DNA of 38,324 bases from NCBI GenBank assembly GCA_022822215.1, contig JAJECD010000191.1, positions 1 to 38,324 of the forward strand, in the 5' to 3' direction. Made by a program: the position numbers and the translations under genes. Below are positions 9,401 through 15,011 of the stretch, piece after piece. Source of the stretch: Candidatus Poribacteria bacterium. GTDB taxonomy: Bacteria > Poribacteria > WGA-4E > WGA-3G. The notes under the pieces are model-generated. The model saw only the letters and a program-made list of their open reading frames with translations. It ran no database searches and was not told where the DNA came from. Each line of letters opens with the position of its first letter. Within the stretch, counting starts at the first letter, position 1.

Positions 9401-9421
9401 AAGATGGTCATTTTGAAGTAA
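6407..9421 (+). CDS. Large secreted HEXXH (gluzincin-like) metalloprotease candidate with dockerin-type module and T9SS-type C-terminal sorting domain
   Basis: Signal peptide MMKTFKFALILIILTVGG; the true start may be ATG 6419 or 6440. HEKAH at 7325-7339, with NEDMAES about 47 aa downstream. Dockerin pair DVNQDGKVDNTDL / DVDGSGTVDGNDLL. The last 90 aa, NYPNPCNPETWIPYQL...GVYFYQL...KMVILK, is a Por_Secre_tail-type domain. Confidence 0.85.
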   Translation: MSTQMCPVIKKMMKTFKFALILIILTVGGICNPDSYSDAFIYHWEIDETPEGSESATVIEPVEVTLLDEPIQVVSHSASLALLRKYSVHLGTEWNARRAYRLLQTFESIPQETNNPYEESPTVESSIWRLSNRHIQGDITVEYQGGQRVVTIAQTVFTYAQPLLAEIEGVRGRYFSKRLHRAVVRFVTDSGADRYALERILRERYAISINIPDYSQLTRHTTGEHAGRFSGFKNEELIALISMLEEFPIGMIKTPGLNYFVRRLDGTPHPLYPSAPAVAWPTAGYIEFMESAFKEQGLDYIHRLILHEKAHFLWHHLFDAQLKQDWIELGGWFENPDDRDGWSTTKQVEFVSAYAHGINPNEDMAESISYYIVNPDKLRSRSPAKYEFIQNRIMHGTRYVSQIREDLTFEVYNLYPDYVYPGRIVRIDIKVEGEPEEDKRITVEIEIHGESELDAAQSAYIRVFSNKGTFFDLAWMTLVDANGQQVAAGHILRGQATLSKYAADGYWNPDQIRIWDAQGNERLASQTDYGWQLHIDNPLADCEPPVYVKNSMTLSLSKATTPDGKPYQIVTASWEVIEKTGIQFVYAALNDDLRETHSIYRQSEYGGYDSKLDRVVVKFKFPEYMPSGLYSLNNITMSDIALNESSVYFTNDGTDEAPKTIKIKTNTPDLEPPVLDVNRITIKAEPTIPEAPNGETIVDISFRIKDNISGYEISSLNLRDPQGVMHHFYHYPDGYGGLYFNGNPTLFKEYHQRIVLPIGSAPGIWGLAEMTVFDKAGNTQRHDFTEIVRFEVGEEPVYTQYDVNQDGKVDNTDLGLIAAALGENPPINPRVDVDGSGTVDGNDLLLVIENFDESSDAAPSAITVKIIGLSRDQIQAQIDLLLSTNNNSLAMQRTLTFLYNLLASVSPDNTQLLANYPNPCNPETWIPYQLATSSDVQITIYDVKGIVVRNLELGHQSAGFYTGRSRAAYWNGRNGLGEQVASGVYFYQLQADEISPMRKMVILK

Positions 9422-9522
9422 AATTTGAATAGACATCAGAGCGCAAAATCAGGTATAATACGTAAATGGCACAATATGATATTAGTGCGAAGTATCTATT
9501 GCTTGAACACGCCAAAGTCCTC
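9149..9522 (+). repeat. Duplicated 374-nt block, copy 1 (T9SS-tail coding region + intergenic + first 19 codons of the Rpn-like gene)
   Basis: Collinear, with no indels by hand alignment, to 11174..11547. The encoded tails are 81/90 aa identical. The intergenic aggtataatac and the ATGGCACAATA(T/C)GATAT start region are conserved. Confidence 0.8.
9454..9459 (+). promoter_or_regulatory. Consensus -10 box (TATAAT) 6 nt upstream of the Rpn-like ATG; possible leaderless transcript
   Basis: TATAAT at 9454-9459 and ATG at 9466, with no SD between them. The same arrangement occurs at 11479-11484 / 11491. Confidence 0.4.
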
Positions 9523-10473
9523 ATTGAATACTTCCTTGGCAGACAAGGCATAGAAATCTTAGAACATCTAAATACCGATCAACCCACATTCAAAACACAT
9601 CGTGGAGATAGCACAACAAGAGTCCGTATTGAAGGCGAAGAAGCGATAGTCCACCTGGAAGTGCAATCTGGCAATAGCCCCAAACCGATGTGGGCGCGAT
9701 TAGCAGCGTATTGCGGATTTCTCATCAGTGAATTTCAGATGCCGGTTTATTGCATTGTTTTGTATCTCGGACCCACCGCGGGACGGAACGACCCCGGCTA
9801 CTATGCGTATGAAACCGCAGAGTTCCGTTATTTAATCCAATATAAAGTGATCAGACTTGCGGAGATAGAGGGTCAGGCTGTATTGGAGACACAGGCACCT
9901 ATGCTACTGCCATTCACACCGCTGATGAAACCGCCGACCGATGTAAGTGCGGAGCAATGGTTAAAAAGATGCGTTACCGCCGCTGAGATGGCACCGGTTG
10001 AGAAATCCGTTCGCGATGACTTGGTTGCGATCCTTGGCATCTTCAGTGCTTTAGCTTATGATGAAGCCCTCGTGAATCAATTAATAAAGGAGGAGATTGT
10101 GCAAGAATCTACATTTTTTCAACACCACCTTGAAAGAGCGACAAAACGTCTGGAAGCAGAAACAGAACGCCGCACGCAAGAGGCACTCGAACAAGGTCTC
10201 GAACAAGGTCTCGAACAAGGACTTGAACAAGGACTTGAACAAGGTCTCGAACAAGGGGCAAAAAAAGGGGCAATTGAGGTTATCCTGTCATTTTTGGCTG
10301 CAAGATTCCAACCCAGAGCTGTGTATGCCTTAAAACCATTACTTGAAAATATTGACGATTTGGAACACCTCAAGCAGTTGGGAAGTGCAGCAGCAGCGTC
10401 ACAGAGCCTTGAAGCATTTTTGCAGACCTTGGGGGCACGAACAAACGCACAGAACGGAACGGATACCCCCTAA
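9466..10473 (+). CDS. Rpn/YhgA-like PD-(D/E)XK recombination-promoting nuclease (putative transposase family) with DUF4351-like C-terminal domain
   Basis: N-terminal YDIS.KYLL, the core IVHLEVQS....P..MWARLAAY (hlEhQ motif of the PDDEXK_2 family), YKVIRLAEIE...LLPFTPLM, then ESTFFQHHLE, E-Q-G repeats and a helical tail (ILSFLAARFQP...LEHLKQLG...LEAFLQTL). All are typical of the cyanobacterial-type family as I recall it. Confidence 0.85.
   Translation: MAQYDISAKYLLLEHAKVLIEYFLGRQGIEILEHLNTDQPTFKTHRGDSTTRVRIEGEEAIVHLEVQSGNSPKPMWARLAAYCGFLISEFQMPVYCIVLYLGPTAGRNDPGYYAYETAEFRYLIQYKVIRLAEIEGQAVLETQAPMLLPFTPLMKPPTDVSAEQWLKRCVTAAEMAPVEKSVRDDLVAILGIFSALAYDEALVNQLIKEEIVQESTFFQHHLERATKRLEAETERRTQEALEQGLEQGLEQGLEQGLEQGLEQGAKKGAIEVILSFLAARFQPRAVYALKPLLENIDDLEHLKQLGSAAAASQSLEAFLQTLGARTNAQNGTDTP
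10099..10473 (+). CDS. Candidate internally initiated C-terminal-domain product (RpnS-like) of the Rpn-like gene
   Basis: AAGGAGG (10087-10093), a 5-nt spacer, then GTG (10099), in frame with the 9466 ORF. It sits exactly at the boundary of the C-terminal domain and at the deletion junction of the paralog. There is no direct evidence of use. Confidence 0.3.
   Translation: MQESTFFQHHLERATKRLEAETERRTQEALEQGLEQGLEQGLEQGLEQGLEQGAKKGAIEVILSFLAARFQPRAVYALKPLLENIDDLEHLKQLGSAAAASQSLEAFLQTLGARTNAQNGTDTP
10189..10256 (+). repeat. 12-nt tandem repeat (5 full units plus a partial) encoding (EQGL)n
   Basis: gaacaaggtctc x2, gaacaaggactt x2, gaacaaggtctc, then gaacaagg. It translates to EQGLEQGLEQGLEQGLEQGLEQG. 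Confidence 0.95.
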
Positions 10474-10488
10474 AGTTTCGTTATATAC

Positions 10489-10653
10489 CATTACGACTTA
10501 CGCACTGCCTCTTACCTCCCCTCTGATAAGGTGCGGTGAATGCCCTAAGGCATTCATACCGTTGATTCTTTAAGGGGTTAAAAGATGAAAAAATACCGAT
10601 TTTTGCCTCCAAAGGTCTGATATTTGGTCATTTTGCGTAAGTCCTGAGTAATT
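10489..10653. repeat. MITE-like intergenic element, family B copy 1 (ACTTACGCA / TGCGTAAGT ends)
   Basis: The left end attacgacttacgcactg and the right end cattttgcgtaagtcctgagtaat are inverted repeats. The same two end types occur at 38060..38195 in the opposite orientation. The GAATGCC hairpin repeat (10535-10575) is nested inside. Confidence 0.55.
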
Positions 10654-10717
10654 ACGGGATATACTATAAGTCTTGGTTAACGTCTGCATTCTATTATAGG
10701 AAAGGAGCATAAAACAC

Positions 10718-11446
10718 TTGAAAAACAAAAACCTTTATCTTTTTCTTTTACTTTTCGTTCCAATTTTTTATCTGCCAGACACCTTTGCCCAAGGTTTTAC
10801 ACAATTGGGCTTGCCCGAAGGTGCTACAGCTCGCCTTGGAAGAGGAGGCATAGTAACGTCTGTGGCATATTCTCCAGATGGTAAGACGCTCGCCAGCGGG
10901 AGTTCCGGTCGGGTAGATTTATGGGATGCTGAGACCGGAGAACACAAGTTAACTCTTACCGATGGTGGTCGTTCAGTTGCATATTCTCCAGATGGTCGCA
11001 CCCTTTCAAGTGGAGGAACTTTGTGGGATGCGGAAACTTGGCACCGCAAGTTGACGCTTTCTGGGTTTTCAGGCTATGTTGATTCGGTTGTATACTCTCC
11101 AGATGGTCGCACCTTAGCAGGCGGTGGTTCCAATGGGATTCGTTTATGGGATGCGGAAACAGGACTTCTACCGAACTATCCCAATCCCTTCAACCCAGAA
11201 ACGTGGATCCCTTACCAATTAGCCACCAGCAGCGATGTGCAGATTACGATTTATGACATGAAAGGCACTGTCGTTCGCAATCTGGCATTAGGTCATCAAT
11301 CCGGGGGCTTTTATACCGGTCGAAGTCGTGCAGCGTATTGGGATGGCCGTAACGGTTTAGGGGAACGCGTTGCGAGTGGAGTCTATTTCTATCAACTGCA
11401 AGCAGATGATATTTCAACCATGCGCAAGATGGTTATTTTGAAGTAA
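10718..11446 (+). CDS. Secreted protein: three shortened WD40-like units fused to a T9SS-type C-terminal sorting domain
   Basis: TTG start preceded by GGAAAGGAG. Signal peptide MKNKNLYLFLLLFVPIFYLPDTFAQG. Three AYSPDG(K/R)TL..G....LWDAETG units. The tail NYPNPFNPETWIPYQL...KMVILK is 81/90 identical to that of the 1004-aa protein. Confidence 0.8.
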   Translation: MKNKNLYLFLLLFVPIFYLPDTFAQGFTQLGLPEGATARLGRGGIVTSVAYSPDGKTLASGSSGRVDLWDAETGEHKLTLTDGGRSVAYSPDGRTLSSGGTLWDAETWHRKLTLSGFSGYVDSVVYSPDGRTLAGGGSNGIRLWDAETGLLPNYPNPFNPETWIPYQLATSSDVQITIYDMKGTVVRNLALGHQSGGFYTGRSRAAYWDGRNGLGERVASGVYFYQLQADDISTMRKMVILK

Positions 11447-11547
11447 AGCTTAAGTGGACATCCCGACGGAAGATTAGGTATAATACCTATATGGCACAAT
11501 ACGATATCAGCACGAAATACCTGTTGCTTGAACATCCGAAAGTACTC
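11174..11547 (+). repeat. Duplicated 374-nt block, copy 2
   Basis: See 9149..9522. Same length and collinear. Confidence 0.8.
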
Positions 11548-11886
11548 AAGGAGGAGATTGTGCAAGAATCTACTTTTTTTCAACACCACCTTGAAAGAGC
11601 AACAAAACGCCTTGAAGCGGAGACAGAACACCGCACGCAAGAGGCACTTGAACAAGGACTTGAACAAGGCAAAGCACAAGGACTTGAACAGGGCATGCGG
11701 GAAAGCACTATTGAAAGCATCATTGATGTTCTGGAGGTGCGATTCCAGCCCAGTGTCGCACAAGCCTTAAAGCCAGCACTTGAGAGAGTTACCGATCTGC
11801 GGCAGCTCAGGCAGTTACTGCGCACAGCGGCACAGGTCCAAACCCTTGAAGCGTTTACGCAATCTTTAATGGCAAACGGCAATTAA
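11491..11886 (+). CDS. Nuclease-deleted paralog of the Rpn-like gene (first 19 codons joined in frame to the DUF4351-like C-terminal domain)
   Basis: MAQYDISTKYLLLEHPKVL|KEEIVQESTFFQHHLERATKRLEAETEHRTQEALEQGLEQG... The junction corresponds to loss of 9523..10086 (564 nt, 188 codons) of the full gene. The AAGGAGG-N5-GTG is retained at 11548-11562. Confidence 0.75.
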   Translation: MAQYDISTKYLLLEHPKVLKEEIVQESTFFQHHLERATKRLEAETEHRTQEALEQGLEQGKAQGLEQGMRESTIESIIDVLEVRFQPSVAQALKPALERVTDLRQLRQLLRTAAQVQTLEAFTQSLMANGN

Positions 11887-12061
11887 TTAATACCAATCCT
11901 TAAATGTGAGTATCGTGCATTTGCCCTATTTCGTGCCGTTGGATACCAGACTTGCCCGAATTTGTGCAGTGATCCTCAGCATCTCGCAAAGAATCCTACC
12001 AATGTAGTCTTGTGCAGACTGGCACAAAATTTGCTAACATCACAACAAAAGGAGTTTTCAA

Positions 12062-12961
12062 ATGGAAACCGAACAGAAATATCGTGCTGCCCCCCCTGGA
12101 TTTACGACGGATCAGTGGGAAACCTTTAACAAAGATGGTATTATCTTTATTGAGGATGCCATCTCCGATGAAGATATTCAGACCTATATTGACGCAATCG
12201 ACCGAGCCGCTGCTAACAATCCGAAGTATACACCCGGCGGCTATCTCGGCATGCAAAACATCGTCGAACGCGACCCTGTTTTTGCAAGCTTAATCGACCA
12301 TGAGCGGCATGTCGGGTATGCGTATGATCTTTTCGGCGAACTCCTCAAGCTTCACATAAGCCAATTTTTCCTGAGACCGCCCGGTGGCAAACAGTACAAT
12401 CAGTGGCACCCCGATGGCGCGCGTGCGTTGCCTTATGGTGTGTTCTCACCTCATCTTCCCTTACAAATCAAGGTCGGATATTGGTTAACCGATCTGCCGA
12501 GACCGAAGATGGGCAACCTCGTTGTTTTACCCGGCAGTCATCGGCATCAGTACATGGAGGGTTACGATACCCATGAGAGTGTTCCTGGAGAAATGATTGT
12601 CTGTCCCCGTAAAGGGACAATGACAGTGATGCACTCGAGTATCTGGCATCGCGTAGAGCCGAATGAAAGCGATGTCGTACGTTACAATATCTTCATGGCT
12701 TATTGTCCGTCATGGCTGACCCCCGCAGATCGCTTTCACTCTTCACCAGAGTGGCTGGAGACGCTCAACCGTGAACAACGGATTATCATGCGCAGTTACA
12801 ACAACGCGTATCACAACGCCAAACCACCGGCGTCCGAGTTCCCGCTCTTCCTTGAACGCGACACGAGGATTGAAAAAGATACAGACACGTATCATGAACA
12901 CGTCGAACTGCATCGCCGTAAACGGTTGACGATGCATGAAAGGCTCTCCCAAAACTTATAG
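12062..12961 (+). CDS. Phytanoyl-CoA dioxygenase (PhyH) family Fe(II)/2-oxoglutarate oxygenase
   Basis: WHPDG (HxD facial-triad element) and the distal HSSIWHRVEPN. 299-aa size. AAAGGAG RBS 7 nt upstream. Confidence 0.8.
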   Translation: METEQKYRAAPPGFTTDQWETFNKDGIIFIEDAISDEDIQTYIDAIDRAAANNPKYTPGGYLGMQNIVERDPVFASLIDHERHVGYAYDLFGELLKLHISQFFLRPPGGKQYNQWHPDGARALPYGVFSPHLPLQIKVGYWLTDLPRPKMGNLVVLPGSHRHQYMEGYDTHESVPGEMIVCPRKGTMTVMHSSIWHRVEPNESDVVRYNIFMAYCPSWLTPADRFHSSPEWLETLNREQRIIMRSYNNAYHNAKPPASEFPLFLERDTRIEKDTDTYHEHVELHRRKRLTMHERLSQNL

Positions 12962-13089
12962 CGAGCATCAACATTGACATTGACTGAGTTTCAAAAGTTT
13001 GTAGCTTGAAACGAAGTGGAAAGCGGTTCTACGGCGTGGCACTTCCAACGTCCAATCTATCTTATCGAACCGCAAGGAAAGTTAAAAGT

Positions 13090-14220
13090 ATGAAAACCTT
13101 ATTCCTCAAAGACATGCGGTACCGCCAAGCGAGAGTTGTGCTAACAGCACTCGGTATTACCGTGCTGATTTCACTCATCTTGTTATTAGGCGGTATCATG
13201 AACGGTATGCGTATCCAAGCGCGACAGTACGTCGAATCGACAGGGGCAGACCTGTGGATTTCCGCTGAAGGTTCCGGCGGTGCTTTTATCGGATTCTCCC
13301 TCGTCGTTGAGGAATACATGGCGTTCCTGAATGCGGGGCAAGGTTTAGTGCCAGATTCTGCTTCACCCTTAATTTTTGCGCAAGCGCGCCCGAATGTGCG
13401 AGGGAAATCCACCAAGGCGATTGTTGTCGGCTACAAACTCGGAAAACTCGGCGGACCCAAACGAGCCATTGAGGGTAGAATGTTTACCCCCAGCAATTTT
13501 GAGGACTATAGACCCGAAGATCCAGTCCCTTATGAGGTGGTTGTTGATGAGAAAATGGGGTTGGAGATTGGGGAACAGATTACCCTCGGTGATGAGAAAG
13601 TGCGGGTCGTCGGAAAAACGGAAAGTTTGATGTTCGTTTTGGACACGCCGCTCCTCTTTATGGATGTCCGCATTGCCCAAAAACTCTTACTCGGTAACAC
13701 ACCACATGTTAACATGATGGTCGCCAAAGTCAGTGAGAACTTTCCTGTTCCAGAGGTTTCAACGCAGTACGATGAATTTGAGACGATTGAAACGCGCACC
13801 TTAAAACAGACAGTCGGAAATATTATTGAGTACTATGTCGATGAACCGATGAAAGCCGTGCAATTCTTGCGGGTAATGCTCTGGTTAGCGGCAGGTATTC
13901 TTGTCGGGATGATTACGTATGTAACCATGCTTGAGAAAACGCAGGAAATCGGTGTGTTGAAAGCGATCGGGGCTGCGAATCGTTATGTCATGGCACTCCT
14001 GCTAAAACAGGTAGCACTGATGTCCGCTGTCGGTGTGATACTTGGGCTTATTTTGTCTTATGTCTTTGCGGCGGCGGCACCAATTTTCGTTGCGATTCAT
14101 TTTGTGGAATCCGTCATCGTTGCGTGTATCAGTTTTGCCGTCTGTTGTGGGAGCGGTTATTTGGCGGCACGCAAGGCAATCACGGTGGATCCGATGATTG
14201 CGTTCCGCGGTGAAATCTAA
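13090..14220 (+). CDS. ABC transporter permease, FtsX/MacB-like (periplasmic domain between TM1 and TM2)
   Basis: N-terminus MKTLFLKDMRYRQARVVLTALGITVLISL, a ~230-aa extracytoplasmic segment, and a C-terminal FtsX-type 3-TM bundle (LKAIGAANRYVMALLLKQ...). Start moved to ATG 13090 (AAGGAAAG upstream); the 13006 extension is non-hydrophobic. Confidence 0.85.
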   Translation: MKTLFLKDMRYRQARVVLTALGITVLISLILLLGGIMNGMRIQARQYVESTGADLWISAEGSGGAFIGFSLVVEEYMAFLNAGQGLVPDSASPLIFAQARPNVRGKSTKAIVVGYKLGKLGGPKRAIEGRMFTPSNFEDYRPEDPVPYEVVVDEKMGLEIGEQITLGDEKVRVVGKTESLMFVLDTPLLFMDVRIAQKLLLGNTPHVNMMVAKVSENFPVPEVSTQYDEFETIETRTLKQTVGNIIEYYVDEPMKAVQFLRVMLWLAAGILVGMITYVTMLEKTQEIGVLKAIGAANRYVMALLLKQVALMSAVGVILGLILSYVFAAAAPIFVAIHFVESVIVACISFAVCCGSGYLAARKAITVDPMIAFRGEI

Positions 14221-14232
14221 CTTTATTAACTA

Positions 14233-14283
14233 TTAAATCTGGGCTGCTGCGTCCGATGTCCTTGCAGGCTTCTAATTGTGAAT
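14233..14283. repeat. Short intergenic repeat (inverted copy of 16701..16759), lying between the permease and ATPase genes
   Basis: The reverse complement reads attcacaattagaag...gacgcagcagcccagatttaa. Compare cacaattagaag...gacgcagcaggtcagatttaa at 16701-16759. Confidence 0.5.
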
Positions 14284-14336
14284 AAGCCATTCATGACTTA
14301 AAACAGGTTTTTTTACCCAAAAAAGGCGCATAGAGT

Positions 14337-15011
14337 ATGACAGCAATCGTAGAAGGAAACGGCTTAACCAAACGCTTCGGCACAGGCGACGCAACCGTCG
14401 TCGCTGTAGATGCCGTTGATGTCGCTATTCAAGAGAGCGAATTGGTCATGATTATGGGAGATAGCGGGTGTGGGAAGACAACGCTCATCAGTCTTCTCGG
14501 CTGTATTTTAACGCCCGATGCCGGTCAGATCCGCATTGAGGGTGAGGCGATTGACCCAGCAGCACAAGATATGAGCGTAATCCGCCGCGAGAAGATTGGG
14601 TTCGTGTTTCAGTTGTTCCATCTGCTCCCCTATCTCACTGCCCTTGAGAACGTTATGATAGCGATGGACCTTGCTCAGACAAAAACCGACGCGGCAGAGG
14701 ATCGGGCAATGGAACTCCTGACGCAGGTCGGCTTAAGCGAACGGTTTCACCATCGTCCCGCCCAACTTTCCGGTGGTGAGAAACAACGCGTCTCTTTTGC
14801 CCGGGCACTCGCCAACCGACCGAAGGTCATCTTTGCCGATGAACCGACCGCCAACTTAGACAGTCGCCAGAGTGATAATTTAATGAGCCTGATCCAGGAG
14901 CTGCGTCAGGAACACCAAACGACTGTCGCGATTGTGACCCACCACGAAGGGTTGAAGAAGAGTGCTGATCGTATTATCCAGATGAGAGATGGAAGGATTT
15001 TTGGTGAATGA
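14337..15011 (+). CDS. ABC transporter ATP-binding protein (MacB/LolD-type)
   Basis: Walker [10 protein letters not shown]-loop FVFQ, signature LSGGEKQRV, Walker [10 protein letters not shown]-loop VTHH. Confidence 0.92.
   Translation: MTAIVEGNGLTKRFGTGDATVVAVDAVDVAIQESELVMIMGDSGCGKTTLISLLGCILTPDAGQIRIEGEAIDPAAQDMSVIRREKIGFVFQLFHLLPYLTALENVMIAMDLAQTKTDAAEDRAMELLTQVGLSERFHHRPAQLSGGEKQRVSFARALANRPKVIFADEPTANLDSRQSDNLMSLIQELRQEHQTTVAIVTHHEGLKKSADRIIQMRDGRIFGE

Noticed and set aside
10097-10373. ORFs 10097..10333 (+, SNKVSNKV...) and 10119..10373 (-, PCSSPCSS...).
   Set aside because: They are alternate-frame readings of the 12-nt tandem repeat inside the Rpn-like gene and are repeat artefacts. 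The equivalent pair 11528..11770 / 11580..11882 is rejected for the same reason.
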